DNA of 45,901 bases, taken from positions 1 to 45,901 of the IMG/VR virus record IMGVR_UViG_3300033076_000875. One strand, given 5' to 3'. Below, one piece after another: positions 9,101 to 20,400 of the stretch (position 1 is the first letter of the stretch; the number at the start of each line of letters is the position of its first letter). The position numbers and the translations under genes are program-made. The notes under the pieces were generated by a model. That model saw only the letters and a list, made by a program, of their open reading frames with translations, was not told where the DNA came from and did not search any database. Source of the stretch: a virus (lineage: Duplodnaviria > Caudoviricetes).

Positions 9101-9584
9101 TGTACCCCGTAGCCCCTCCCCCCGCGTAAAGCGAGGCGTAGAAGTTGAACCCTTGAAATCCTGCCGCGTCCACTTGCGGGACGCTGACCCGCACGGCGCG
9201 GTCAAGTTGTTCGACCGAGGCCCCCGTGGGAGAGGTTGCGACGATGCCCACGGTCGCTTCATCTATGAGGGTTGCGGTAGCCTTCGCTGCCGAGGTCACA
9301 GACCCCGAGAGAAGAACGGCCCGCACCTCGACGGTGTTGACCCCCGAGAGCAAGAGCAGCCCGTTCGGGTCAGCCGCAGGGTTGGGCACCGTCCACTTGG
9401 TGCCCGTGAACAGGATGAGGTCGGGGTCAGAGGTGTACCCCCCGCCATTGATGGACACCTGCACGTCCACGGTGTCCTGTGTCGCGGTGCCTTGAAAGAA
9501 CCGACGCTCCAACGTGGTCGAGAAGTAGACCGTCTCGCGAAGGACGTTGTCGGGGCCGTAGACTTGGGGGGTGGAAGTTGCCAT
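6120..9584 (-). CDS. Baseplate wedge subunit (baseplate J / gp6-like), extended
   Basis: GSVLRD..IDP, A.NFGV.R.....A.G.V.F, V.A...G..GNV, GG...ES...L..R, GT..GY and GGKVDVWV motifs; 1154 aa. Confidence 0.85.
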   Translation of the reverse strand: MATSTPQVYGPDNVLRETVYFSTTLERRFFQGTATQDTVDVQVSINGGGYTSDPDLILFTGTKWTVPNPAADPNGLLLLSGVNTVEVRAVLLSGSVTSAAKATATLIDEATVGIVATSPTGASVEQLDRAVRVSVPQVDAAGFQGFNFYASLYAGGGATGYTRVNLNTVTAGVTTQTTTAFATVLTDADVLVDSLGNPVADPLYWRLTAAQEDGNGAVLQTDLNEAYAVPETARKLRLSGTLSSVENVVVYSFEHNRLATPTSTPPTISVGSFASAMSETPLYYVVTAVYYNASQNVEYESTFSPELVAHPLSITTALGAFPTTSRQDIVRSFITAVHRSNPQIKVEAGSVLRDTVIDPFSSESERLRFVLDFFHRARTPTLLLQVDDPTGSGTSIAVPSSPYKIGLKAAFYLTSDASVQALINSCFDAYASNFGVVRRTSTYAQGEVTFYTTTRPTGSLVIGLGTVVTGGGQQFTTTRAASISFAQLASYYNPVTGRYQVTIPVRAVTAGPSGNVGAGQVRALVTRIPTLSVTNAAAMFGGDTTESNLALTERVLNTLASVDSGTERGYYQTAAAVPSVVSVSVVGAGNPLMQRDLYNGQHLGGKVDVWVQGTNLATVTDTFAFTYEVAQDVQFVLAGDPANLTFQAIDPNLSPTNPIIEVLDYPLAGYEFKNATTGEVFDLTGVTITSYNTVQLSTSVAQPTVTLTDVVLGSYRRRAGVDFVLPRQPVASVTSVVGVVSGTLPATAYTLYHPNSPLAYGRSTLAGDYLNISGYSDPTTGALIPTGEALTVTSESHVLIGAYPEFLDNLGALYYTIEVWNADKTVQYKGPNDPSGDYDYTIDLGTQTTAVSIRRTETGDIPNGATVLIDYAHDENFVVTYKTNVIVSVAQNAIDEKKHATADVLAKEAVVVPLDIEATLVLGQGQDRSAVDTALRTNLTNFFAQLRLGDAVRQSDIISVMENTAGVSYIVVPLSKLVRQKGSQVVQEVLSTDVAYDSTLITSLTTSSALVYIINQELSAATVDGGGAVGDYKGVFQDEVALDLLASDALLTSLGTAAGRAYILGSGGRSITGYSDDTTLIAEGYTTTSQITARRLELTANRVLVSLAIGDSPTAHTYATTYIVGVDKGAKDVDPGEAECLTLGTLTFTYDEAR

Positions 9585-9593
9585 GATGGTTCC

Positions 9594-10733
9594 TTACAGA
9601 CCCACGCCTTGAAGCCCGAGGGTCTGTCCGTTCGACCCTGCGAGGGCGACTGCGCCTGGCACGGAGAACACGATGGAGAGGTTGATGGGTTGAAGCGAGG
9701 CGTTCGTGACCGTCACTTGCACGAGGGCCGTCGTCGGGTCGTCCCCCTGTGTCACCTGCACGCTGTTGAGCGAGTAAAACCGCTCTTTGCTGGTGACGGC
9801 TTGGTACTTTGCCTGCTCGTTCTGCACCTTCTGCACCCGAAGAAGGGCTGCACGCACGTCTTCTTGGAGCAGCATGGTCGTAGCCCCGAGGAACTTCGTG
9901 CCGATGCGCTCCATGATGGTGCTGCCGTAAGCAGGGTGGTAGGCATTGCTGCCCTTTACCGTGAGGAGTGCCTTCATGCAGGCTTGGTAGAGCAGGTTCT
10001 CGTTGTCGATGAGCACGAGGTCGCCCTGCGGGTCGAACCGCATGTCGTTCTCGACGTAGGTGGCACGACACCGAGGACATTGCTCGGGGGGCGCGGCGTA
10101 GGTCACCTTGAAGGTAGGGTTGCTCTTGACGGGTCGCACGAACTTTGGGTAGCGCGCCGGAATCGGAGCCTTGACGCCCGTGATGCTCGGGTAAACGTCG
10201 GGTCGTGAGGCCAACTGCCACGGGGGGTAGACCTGCGTGCCCCGCGTGCCCGTCTGCACGGTGAAGCCGATGGACGCAGCCCCCTCTCCCCGCACGCGCA
10301 CGAATGAGTCGGGGCCGACTGCGTTGGTGTCAGCAAGAACGATGGCCCCGTTGCGAGTGCCCACTTGAACAAAGTCAAACGCGGCGGTGCGGATAGCCTG
10401 CTCGACCGCAGAAGAAGCGACCCGCTCCCCCACGGGGAGGCGCACCTCGACCGTGCCGACACTCGTGGTGATTACGAGGAGGTTCCCATCCGGCCCCACA
10501 AGGTTCGTGCAAGCACGGACTACGAATGGCCCTGCCCCGCCTCCCACGAGCACCGCTTGCGAGTACAGCCCCGTCGCGGGAATATAGTAGCGGTCGTCGG
10601 CAAGCACGCGCACCACGTTCGCGTTCGCGACCGGAGCCTTGGGCACGAGCGAGAGACGGTCACCCTGCAACGCGACAGGCTCCTCGATGACAAGGTGCTG
10701 ACAGGGGAAGGCGATTTGCAGTTCTACGCTCAC
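9594..10733 (-). CDS. gp25/gpW-like baseplate protein with long N-terminal extension
   Basis: C-terminal L.Q...K.LLT.KGSN.YHP.YGS.I...IG signature of gp25-like proteins; CPRC upstream; GTG start with GGAG RBS. Confidence 0.75.
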   Translation of the reverse strand: MSVELQIAFPCQHLVIEEPVALQGDRLSLVPKAPVANANVVRVLADDRYYIPATGLYSQAVLVGGGAGPFVVRACTNLVGPDGNLLVITTSVGTVEVRLPVGERVASSAVEQAIRTAAFDFVQVGTRNGAIVLADTNAVGPDSFVRVRGEGAASIGFTVQTGTRGTQVYPPWQLASRPDVYPSITGVKAPIPARYPKFVRPVKSNPTFKVTYAAPPEQCPRCRATYVENDMRFDPQGDLVLIDNENLLYQACMKALLTVKGSNAYHPAYGSTIMERIGTKFLGATTMLLQEDVRAALLRVQKVQNEQAKYQAVTSKERFYSLNSVQVTQGDDPTTALVQVTVTNASLQPINLSIVFSVPGAVALAGSNGQTLGLQGVGL

Positions 10734-10759
10734 GCGAACTCCATGACCACCGTTACCCT

Positions 10760-10774
10760 ATAAGGGGCACACCG
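10760..10774 (-). promoter_or_regulatory. Candidate late promoter motif
   Basis: CGGTG-TGCCCC-TTAT about 26 nt upstream of GTG 10733. Confidence 0.35.
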
Positions 10775-10808
10775 CCCCGCGCCCGCCTCCCTCAAGGTGA
10801 GTGGGCGG

Positions 10809-11648
10809 CTACGTCGCAGCGTAGTCCTCGATCCCTTCCAAGTCGGACACGAGGTTGGGGTAGGCTCCAAGGTTGTCCGACTCCGTAGCGAAGTCAGCCG
10901 TGCCGTCCTCGCCCACGTCGTACCAAATGCTGTCGATGATCGCGACGGTCTGTGCTGCCGTGAGCACGGGGTCGTAGCGCACGGGGTCGAAAGCCGTGGG
11001 CATCCCGAGAAGGGCGTCTCCGTTCGCACGCATGAGGTCGTCAAGTTCGGACTCCAACTGCTCTCGGAGGTCACACAGTTTGAGGATGCGTGCTTCGATG
11101 TTGTTCCGCTTGAATGCCACTTCTTTCTGAACCCACCGTCGAGCCTGCGACATGAACAGAACCATGTCGGTGTCCTCAAAGTTGCTCCTACCACCCTTGC
11201 GCGTAGCGAGGTTGTAGGTTTCGACCGAGGGCATCCCCTGTTGATACACCTCCCCTCCGTAAGCGGGGGACTGCGACTTGGGGGATACCTGCCCCCCGCT
11301 CGGGTAGGCGGCTTGGGAAGCCCCGTTGGCCGTCGTAGCCACCGTGTCGGGGTGCATGAACATGGAAATGTCGAGGGGGTTGCCCCCCATGACGACGTAG
11401 GCACCCACCAACTTCGCGAGCGTGGAATCGGGGGGGTTGACAATGACGCCTTCGCGCTGCTCGGAGGCAACCGTGTTGCCGTTCTCGTCGGTCGTGCTCG
11501 CATAACGCACCTGCACGAACCCGATTCGGTCAAGTTCAGCCTTGATGACCGAGATACGGGCGAGCACGTCCCGTCGCTCGTTGAGAAGAAACGTGCGGAA
11601 CTGCTGCCATTGACCTTGCCGAAAGGTGCCGAGTCCGTTGAAAGACAT
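10809..11648 (-). CDS. Hypothetical structural-cluster protein with coiled-coil segments (279 aa)
   Basis: AGGAG RBS, tightly packed in the baseplate operon. Confidence 0.8.
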   Translation of the reverse strand: MSFNGLGTFRQGQWQQFRTFLLNERRDVLARISVIKAELDRIGFVQVRYASTTDENGNTVASEQREGVIVNPPDSTLAKLVGAYVVMGGNPLDISMFMHPDTVATTANGASQAAYPSGGQVSPKSQSPAYGGEVYQQGMPSVETYNLATRKGGRSNFEDTDMVLFMSQARRWVQKEVAFKRNNIEARILKLCDLREQLESELDDLMRANGDALLGMPTAFDPVRYDPVLTAAQTVAIIDSIWYDVGEDGTADFATESDNLGAYPNLVSDLEGIEDYAAT

Positions 11649-11657
11649 GGTGCGCTC

Positions 11658-14159
11658 CTATGCCGTGGTGCCGCTTGCAGCGGTGAAGATGGCCGAGAGC
11701 AAGTCCACGGCCACCGAAGGGGCACCCCCGACTACGAGGGCAAATCCGAACCCGTAGTCAGCCGCCGTGTCCACGGGCGGGTTTTCCGCGTTCATGAACG
11801 CACGAAGGGCACCGCTTGTGCCCGCCTCAAGGGTGACGAGCACGGACACGTTTCCGAGGCGAAGCGTAGAAATAAGGTCAAGCAGGGCGCGTATCTGCTC
11901 CAACAAGGCTTGGAGTTGCGTGATGCGGGCTTGCAGGGCGTCGATGAACGCCACGATAGCGTCAGCAATCCCCTGCAACCCGTCGAGCACGGTAAGAAGA
12001 AACTGCTCCATGTTGTCGAGCAGGGCGAGCACCTGCGGGAACCCGTTTGGGAACAGGAGTTTGTTCGCCCATTGGCTCTCCCCCTCTCGGGTGGGCACGG
12101 GGGCCGACAAAATCAACACCGTTCGCGCAGCGCGGTATACCTCCTCGGGAAAGAGGTTGCGGCAAAACGCAGCGCGGGGGCTACCGTCCGCACTTGGAGT
12201 CGCACTCACGATAACAGGAGCGTTGTCGCACGACCCCTGCCCGTACAGGAACACGGGTGCCAACATGGTGGGCGTCGTGCTGAAACTCGGCGCACGCACC
12301 AAGTTGGGGGGCTTCGTCACGGAGAACCGTGCGGGGGAGGGGTGCAGCCCCGAAGTAGGGCCGACATCGGAGAGAGACTGCAATAGCGTGAGGTCGGGCC
12401 ACGTCGGGTTCACGTCCGACCACTTGAAATTAAGCAGCACTCCCACGGCCTCCTCGGACTCGCTCACGAGGGCGAGAGAGTCCCCCAACTTCGGAAGAAG
12501 GGTGGTGAGGTAGCCGTACACCTTGGTCTTGAGGTCAGAACGAAACGCGGAGGCGGTTGTCTGCCCGAAGTACCTGTTTGGGTTGCTGATCCGCATGTAC
12601 TTGAACAGGTCACCCGCGACCGCTTCCAACCCTGTCGCCTCAAGGGCAGAGTTGAACTGAAAGCCCGCATCGTTTCCCGTCACGGGGAGGTCAGAACGGG
12701 ACAGCAACGCCACCAAGAGTGCGGACACGATAGCGTCAGCCACAGGGCCAGGGAAAGACACCACCATTGAAGCGGACACGGGGGAGAAGTCCCCATTCAA
12801 GTGCTGTGGCACTACCGTCGAACCCACTACCCCGCGAGTAGTGGCGTCGTTGAGGTAGAACACGGGGGAGAAGTCGTAGTAGGGGTCGGTTACAGTTCCC
12901 GTGCCATGCCGTGCGGTAGCCGTGATGGTATCAGCCACCTGCTTGGACACAGCGCGCACCGTCACCGTGTAGGTGGTGGGTTGGCTCGCAGCCCCATTCA
13001 ACCGAAGCGCACCTACCACCTCTCCGTCTGCCGTGGGTTGGGAGGTGAAGTCCCCCGTGTAGGGCAAGAGGTTCTTGGGGATGACCACCATGAAGTTCTG
13101 CCCACCCGTCATGGTGCTGAACAGGGTGTTCTTCACAAAGAAAGATCGCCCGAAGTAGTGCTTGCCCCCGCTGTCGTTCTGCAAGCGGGTGAGTTCCGAC
13201 AGGGGGAGCGGGGTGGTCGTCTGCGTCGTGGAGAAAAAGGCGTAAGTGGCGTCGGTGTTGATTGTCTCGGTTGTCGCAGGTATCTGCCCGACCACACCAA
13301 AGACCACGGAGTCCAAGCCCCCGTACACCCGAAGGGGGGCATTCGGGAGCGCAGGGTCGGTAACGACGTACCGTTTGCGGGCGGTGCCGCTTGCGGCGTT
13401 GGACTTGGGGTCGGGGCCGTCAGCCCACACGAGCAGCCCGTTCGGTTCCGTACACACGTCAACGATGAACCCGTTGGGAGCAGGGCCAGCCGAACCTATG
13501 AACGCTTGACCCCCCGCAGGCATCTGCCACTCCACAAGGGCGTATTCGGCATCTGCGCCTGTTGTGAGATTCACGCCGAGGGTGTTGAACCTGTTGAGGA
13601 GGGTGCGAGACGCACCGTAAGTGACGGTTACCGGAACAGGTGTCGGATAAGGCTGCGAGTCCTTCGCAAAGCCCCCGAAGAACCTGCAAATAGCGACCAC
13701 CAACTCGATCATCTTGTAGAGGTCGGTCACCTGCACCGACAGGTAGAAATAGACCGACAACACCGCAGAGGAAGGGGAGAACACGGGGCGTTTCGGGTCA
13801 GAGGTGTCCACATAAGCAGCAAGCATCCTCCGTTGAAACGCGGTGTATCCCCCGACCAATTGATTGAACGGGTACACGACCCGCGCCGTGTCCCCCATGT
13901 ACAGGTACGCCCCGAGGTTGCGGAGGTCTTGAATGAACGCCCGTATCTCGTTGATAATGGCCTCTACGAGCGACCGAATGGGGTCAAGCAGGCCAACAAC
14001 GAACGCCTTGATGGTGTCCAACACCGCTTGGAGAATGTTCAGCGCGTCAATGAGGAGTTCAAGAACTCCGTCCGCAGCCTCAAAGACAGGCTGCACAGGC
14101 TCCAACAGTTTCGTGAGGTCGATGTCAGCGGGGAACCACGTCCCGAGTGCGTCAGCCAC
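11658..14159 (-). CDS. Hypothetical baseplate-cluster protein with amphipathic helical N- and C-termini (833 aa)
   Basis: Long ORF in operon; related helical segments at both ends with a beta-rich middle. Confidence 0.8.
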   Translation of the reverse strand: MADALGTWFPADIDLTKLLEPVQPVFEAADGVLELLIDALNILQAVLDTIKAFVVGLLDPIRSLVEAIINEIRAFIQDLRNLGAYLYMGDTARVVYPFNQLVGGYTAFQRRMLAAYVDTSDPKRPVFSPSSAVLSVYFYLSVQVTDLYKMIELVVAICRFFGGFAKDSQPYPTPVPVTVTYGASRTLLNRFNTLGVNLTTGADAEYALVEWQMPAGGQAFIGSAGPAPNGFIVDVCTEPNGLLVWADGPDPKSNAASGTARKRYVVTDPALPNAPLRVYGGLDSVVFGVVGQIPATTETINTDATYAFFSTTQTTTPLPLSELTRLQNDSGGKHYFGRSFFVKNTLFSTMTGGQNFMVVIPKNLLPYTGDFTSQPTADGEVVGALRLNGAASQPTTYTVTVRAVSKQVADTITATARHGTGTVTDPYYDFSPVFYLNDATTRGVVGSTVVPQHLNGDFSPVSASMVVSFPGPVADAIVSALLVALLSRSDLPVTGNDAGFQFNSALEATGLEAVAGDLFKYMRISNPNRYFGQTTASAFRSDLKTKVYGYLTTLLPKLGDSLALVSESEEAVGVLLNFKWSDVNPTWPDLTLLQSLSDVGPTSGLHPSPARFSVTKPPNLVRAPSFSTTPTMLAPVFLYGQGSCDNAPVIVSATPSADGSPRAAFCRNLFPEEVYRAARTVLILSAPVPTREGESQWANKLLFPNGFPQVLALLDNMEQFLLTVLDGLQGIADAIVAFIDALQARITQLQALLEQIRALLDLISTLRLGNVSVLVTLEAGTSGALRAFMNAENPPVDTAADYGFGFALVVGGAPSVAVDLLSAIFTAASGTTA

Positions 14160-14162
14160 GGG

Positions 14163-14405
14163 TCACCCCTTCTTCGCTTGGAGGGCACGAGCCTTCTCCA
14201 CCTTGGCAAGTCCCACGCGCAGTTCGGCCACCGCCCGCACGTCTTTCTCGATCTGTTGCTCAAGGAGGGGCACGAGTTGCTTGAGCAGAACCTTCTGCCG
14301 TGCCGCGAACGGGTGCTCCACTTCGACACCCTCGGGCATGACCGACCACTTGCCAACGGGCACGCCTCGTTCCTCAAGCAGTTGCAGGACTTCTTCGCGG
14401 GTCAC
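14163..14405 (-). CDS. Small coiled-coil protein (about 80 aa)
   Basis: Probable GTG start at 14405 (or 14411) after GAGG; the upstream part of the tracked ORF overlaps the giant gene. Confidence 0.65.
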   Translation of the reverse strand: MTREEVLQLLEERGVPVGKWSVMPEGVEVEHPFAARQKVLLKQLVPLLEQQIEKDVRAVAELRVGLAKVEKARALQAKKG

Positions 14406-14416
14406 GCTCACCTCGT

Positions 14417-14455
14417 AGGGGCGGGGGGTATAGGCAAACCTTACCACCCGCCCCT
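14417..14455. other. Intergenic stem-loop after the giant gene
   Basis: AGGGGCGGG...CCCGCCCCT outer stem with inner GGTA/TACC and AGG/CCT pairs; contains CTAT on the minus strand. Confidence 0.6.
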
Positions 14456-14461
14456 CACAGG

Positions 14462-17400
14462 CTACGAGCCAAGCCCCTTCTTCAACAGGAGCAACTGCCG
14501 CTGTGCTTCTACCTGTGCGGGGAGTGTCGCCCTCGCCCGAGCGAGGGCTTGCAGGCTCCCGTTCACACGGTCGGCACGGAACACGACCCACGAATACCGC
14601 AGGGCACGGAAACGGTCGTCGTTGTCGAGCACGTCGTTGATGAGGTCGGGGAGCACGGGACGCCCCGTACCGTTGGCAAGGTCAGCGTAGGGCATGGGAA
14701 GGCCCACGGGAGTCTCGCTGTCGAGCCGCGTGTCGAGAACCCAAAACCTCCTGTCCAATACAGAAAGACAGTCAGAAGTGTTGGCGAAAGGTGCGAAGTT
14801 CACAAGCCCGATGAGGGACACGAGGAACTGATTGGAGATGACACCCAACCCGTCCGTGGGGGAGGTCGGGCTTCCCACGTCCTCGATGTGGTTCTCGGCT
14901 TGGAACGTGTAGTAGTCACCACCCTTGTTGTTCTCGTATGCCCCGCTGATTTCTTCGATCCACGAGAGCATACGCTCGCGCATGAACAGGACAAGTTCAG
15001 TCGCGTCCTGCGAGAACACCGACGAGGGCCGGATGATGCGGTAGCCGAAGGGCTGAATGCTCTTGTTCGCGTCGATGCCCGTGCGTGCCACGAAGGACGT
15101 TCCCACACTCGCCGCCGTGGGGCGAAGTGCCTGTTGTCCCTCACGCCCATCACCCGTCAGCGCAGAACCATGCACGGTAGGAAGCACGACGTACTCCCAC
15201 CCCCCACCTCCGTACACCACGTCGTCCGAGCCGTCCTCGGCACCACCTCCGAAGCGAGACGCCCCGTTCACCTCAAGCACGGTGGGCGAAGAAGGATCGG
15301 CCACGACACGGTAGAAGCCACGGTTGTCGTCCAACGGGTCGGGGAGTCCTGCGATGTACTCCGCGAGGCGCGTGTCTACACTTTGGTCGCCAACGGGGCG
15401 TGCGCCCATCTCCTCGGGGTCAAAGAGGGTGCCCGCAGGGTCTACGATGATGTAGTCCCCCGCCTTGACCCCTGCCGTCGTGTAGTCCACGGTAGGGTCG
15501 GTGTCCGACAAGAAGTTGAACGCCGTTGCTTGCCCACCTTCTGTCGTGAGGGGGTTCGTGTAGTCCACAGGGCGGTCGAGCACCACTTGATCGGTGAGAA
15601 GGTCGAGAAGTTGCTCGCAGGACTGTTCGTGCGGCACGGGAGCCTGCCGCAAGTAGACCTCAAACGCCTCCCCTCCCGACAAGGTAGTGAGCAGGCCAGG
15701 ACGCCTCAACCGCAGCGTCACCGCGTCCATTACCGCTTCGACCTCGGCTTCTTCCACAAGGGTGCCCGTACTGTCGAGCAGCCGCAGCACATCACCCGCG
15801 TGAATGTTGGTCACGGCACTATTGAACGCACCGATGTTCGTCGCCGCACCGTAGAGTGCGGTGTCAGCCACGAGTTCTCGCGTGTTGGTGTCGTAGGTGT
15901 CGAGCACGCCACGCCGCGTCTCGTAGACAGGCTTGAGCAGTTCCAAGTTGCCGACGAGTTTCTGCTGTGCCTCGTGGAACCTCCGAATACGGCGCACATA
16001 GAAATGCACCGTCTCCCCCACAGCAGGAGGAACCACGAAGTAATCTTGGTAGTCGCGCACGCCCACGAAGGACGGGTCGGGCACCGAGTAAGCAGCGGCC
16101 ACGACATGCGGAACCGTCTGCCCCAAGTCCCCTACGGGGAGAGGGAACGATGGCTCAAGGAACACACCCGAGAGCGCGACGAACCCCGAGATAGTGGGGG
16201 CCACGAGGTCGTCTCCGAACAGGAACTTGTCGCCAAGGAGCAAGCAGGGGAGCACCCCCGCCGTCGCCACCGCGCCCCCGAAATGCACGGTGTCCCAATC
16301 AATGTCCCCCACGTCGAGGTACGCCGCCACGCCCGTAGGGGTGGGGGCCGCACTTGAGGGGTACACCACACGGTCACGCTCGGTGTAGAACGCCGTGCTG
16401 TCTTCTCCCGTGGGCACGTTCACATACAGGTTCGGGAAGAACTTCGGCCCCGAGTCCCGCAACAAGTTCCCCGCTGTATCGGTGTACGTCACGCTGTACG
16501 GGACGGTGGGTGTGGCAGGATCAATGTAGAGGGTTGACCCAAGGGAGAGTGCAACCACCCCTCCCACCGTGCTCTTACCCGTGGAATCAAAGGTGTACCC
16601 GACGCAGTTGTTCTCGGGGAGCGCGTCTCCGAGTTTCCGCAGCGGCAAGTAGTACATGCCCGAGACACGGGTGCCCTGCGTGACCGCCGTGAGGAACGTG
16701 CCCTGTGTGATGGCGACACCCGTTCCGTCGTAGTACGCCGTCAACGCGAAGGTGGTGCCCGTTATCCCCGTGTAGTCCGCGGAGTAGACCGCCGTGGGGT
16801 CAACCTCCCATTGCAGGAGTGTGGTGTTGTACGTTGCAACCACGGGCTTGAGGATGAAGTAGACCCTCCCTGCACTCGGGAACGCATGGCCCGTGGGCGA
16901 CCCCGTGACCGAAATGAGCGTGTCCACCGTGAGGTTCGTGTTCCCACCCCCCGCGTCTACTGTCGCCGTCACTTGCGGGAAGGTGAGGTCAATGGCCCCC
17001 TCAACTCCTGCCATGACGGAAGTACCCGTTGCAAGGCTGTAAATAGCGGTGCCGTCAGCAGCCGCACCGTTCGTGGGCACCGCATGGCGCACCAAGTAGG
17101 TGCCCGTCTTGACCGCAGCGGTGCCACTCGGCCCGCCGTCCACCACCACAATGTCTCCTGCCTGCACGTTCTCAACAGCACCGGAAGTCACGGTGGTGTC
17201 CTGCAACCACGCCCGAGAAAGACCCGGTGCAGCACCAATGCGGTCGTAGTTCGTGCCTTCGCCCTCAAGAATGATGCTCGCCTTCTCGGCATCCGAGGAC
17301 GGAACCGCAGAGAACTTGAGGCCCGCGAGGTCAGCCCCCGAGAGCGGAAGGTTCCCATTCGCCTCCCACGACATGACCTTGATGGTGCCTTGCTCGTCTC

Positions 17401-20400
17401 CTGCCCCTGGTGCCGAAGCAGCGGTGAACGTCCCCACATACGGAAGAAGGGTGGCGGGGTCGATGCGCGTGAGGAACGAGAACGGAAGCCCCCCGTTTAC
17501 GGAGGACGGGGCATTGACCGTGCAGCCCGCCACCGAGGGAGAGCCGACCGTTATCTCGTAGACTGCGAGCGTCGTCTCGACGGTAACCCCTGCGGTGGGG
17601 GTGACGGTGCCGCGAGGAGCCGCCGTGACAAGGCTTATGTGCTCGCTGAACGTGAGCCTGTCGCGCTCAACCGCTGCGGTGGTCGTCCCCGACGCCGCAC
17701 CCACGGCCAGCCCCGTTATGGCGGCGGTAGCCGTGTCTCGGTAGGCGTCAGCCGTGAGGGTCACGTCGTAGAACAACCCCGAGTTCGCCACCGAGGACAG
17801 GTTTCCTGCGGTGAACACAACGATGCTGGTGTCGCGCACGTTCGGGGGCGCAAGTGCGAGGGCCACACCTGCGGGAGCCGAAACGGTGCCCCAAGCGGTC
17901 GGGTCGGAGATAGCGATAGCCTCAATGAGCACACCCGTGGTCGGGTCGTAGACCCGAAGAACAAGCGTGTTGCCCGTTCCCCCAAGACCAAGGAAGCGGT
18001 TGTAGCCACCCGTGCCGGGAACGGTGCCTGTCCCATCTGCAAGCACCACAGACCCGAGAGACGAGAAGTCGAACGTCGTCTGAACCACGCCGGGAACAGG
18101 CACGGACGAAGTGACCTTCACCCCCGCAGAGCCACCAAGCCCCGTCTGACTGACCGCGTTCGTTACGGTGTACTTGACGGGTGTGCCTACAGTCGTGGGG
18201 GTGATGAACCGAGGAACCTCGACACTCGATCCGCTCGCACCACCCGTGACTGCACCGACAGAGAGCACGCCCGTGACCCCCACGGGGAGTTGGTTCGTCT
18301 CCATGAGCAGGAGGTCGAAGGGCCGCACATCTCCGATAGCGGAACGGTTGGTGTATGCACCCGCCGTCGCCACGGGGGTCAAGTCCCGCGACGTGTAGAG
18401 AGTGGCAGGGCTGTGTGTCCCCGACCACATGGACACAAGCACGCTGCCGTCTGCGCCTACCACCTCGTCGGGGTAGATAGCCTTCCACGTCTGCTGCTCG
18501 GCCACAGGAGCCGAAAGCGGGAACGGGAATCCCACCATCGTGTCCGCACCGAAGAACGCCCGAGTCTCGCTCGCCACCTGTCCGAGGAGGTTCAGTTCGG
18601 TGATGGTCGTCGCCAAGTAAGGGATGGACACGTCACCGCTGTCATCCCGCGCTTGCCCGAGAAGCGCAGGCAGTTGAGCAGGCAGGACGCGGGTGTTGGT
18701 GAACGCCACGTCACCCTCAATAGGAAGAAGCGGAGAGGGCGGCTTCTGCCCGAGGATTTCCTTGAGGCCGAGGTTCGGGTCGTCCCACGAGGGCAACGTC
18801 ATGTCCCGAAGTTCAGAGTTCTTGTTCGCAACGATGAGGTCGAAGTAGTTGCGATACTGCGGGAGAAGCGCAGCAAAGGTCGTTGCCTCTGCAACCGTAG
18901 GGGGGTCAGAGAAGGCCGTCGTCGTGAGGTTCCGTGTCGGGGGTACGACGTAGATGGTGTCGCCCTGCGTCGGAGAGAATGTCCCACCCGTCTCGACCAC
19001 GAGAATGTCGGCAGCATTGATGGAGACGATGCTCCCACCACCGCTGCTCTCCTTTCCAAGGACGAGCACTACACCGTTGACCACCTGCTTGACGTAGATG
19101 CACGGGTAAACCGTGCTGTCCGTCGTGATGCTCCCGAAGAACGACCCAATGGGATTGGCCCCGTCCCCGAGGGTGAACGTGTCACCGTTCGGCTGACCGT
19201 AAGCAAGGGCTTGCCCCGCCGCGAAAGCAGGAGTGGACAGGTCGGGGTCACCCGACATGAGGTCGAACAAGTCCCCGCCGTTCGACACGAGTTGCGTGGT
19301 GTCGGGCAACCCCGTGTCGGGGTCAAGCGGGAACTGCGAGAACGCGAGCGGGGTGGCGACAACGGACGGCTCGGAAGGCCCGCCCAACTCGGGGAACCCC
19401 GTGGCCGAGTACGCCCATATGCGTGCTCGTGCGTCACGCGGACGGAAGTATGAGTCGTTCACACCCTCGATGACACCGAGGGCGGGGTTGCTGATGACCG
19501 CCGTGGGCGTGTTGAAGGTGCTGACAAGGGCTTTCTTCGTCGTCCCTGGCTCATCCCCTGGCACGTTGCCGAGGCTACCAAAGGTGTAGTAGCCCTTGTA
19601 TCCGAGGTCGAGGTTGGCTTGCAGGCCAGGCAAGGTCGTAGTGAACGCCTTGGTGCGCTCGGGGAACAACCGCGAGAACGGGTGAGGTTCCCACATGGGC
19701 TGATACTTGCCCTTCATGTCGAGCGTGGGGAGGAGTGCCGCAGAGAACATGGCCCAAGTGGGGCTGTTGAACCCGATGAGCAACACGTCGTCCATGTCGT
19801 TGAGCACGCGAAGGTCTTGCTTTTCCACATAGTACGAAAGCGTGAACGGGCTGGGGGTCGTACCGTCCACGGCCCCTTGTCGGTTCGGGTCGGTGCTCTT
19901 TCCCGTGGCGGGGTCAACGATAGGGTCGGCCTCCGTCACGAGAAGGTCGTTCGGGTTGTAGGAGGTGAACACCTCTGCCCACACGAGACGGTTGTTCAAG
20001 TCGCCCGAGAAGGCGTCCTCATAGCCGGGAGGGGGGTAGAGCACCCCCCGTCCGACGAAGAACTTGAACTTCCCGTCGCGGTCGCCAATGATGCGCCCGT
20101 CGATGTTCTCGACCACTTGCTCAAAGTCAACGATGATTTCGTTGTAGAACGACAGGAACACCCGCGCCGCACGGTCTTGGTCGCGCAAGTCCTGCACCTG
20201 CCCGCGCACACCGAAGGCACCTTGCTTCGACAGAGTGGTGGAACCGGGGCTGAACAGGCTCGGCCCGCCCGAGGCGGCTTGGGCCTGCACGCGCCCGAGG
20301 GCTATCTGTGCCACGTCTCCGAGGTACGCCTGCAACGGGGCGACTTGCATGTAGAACGAATCGGGGGCCGCGAACGAGTACGAGGCGACAAGCGTGCGTC

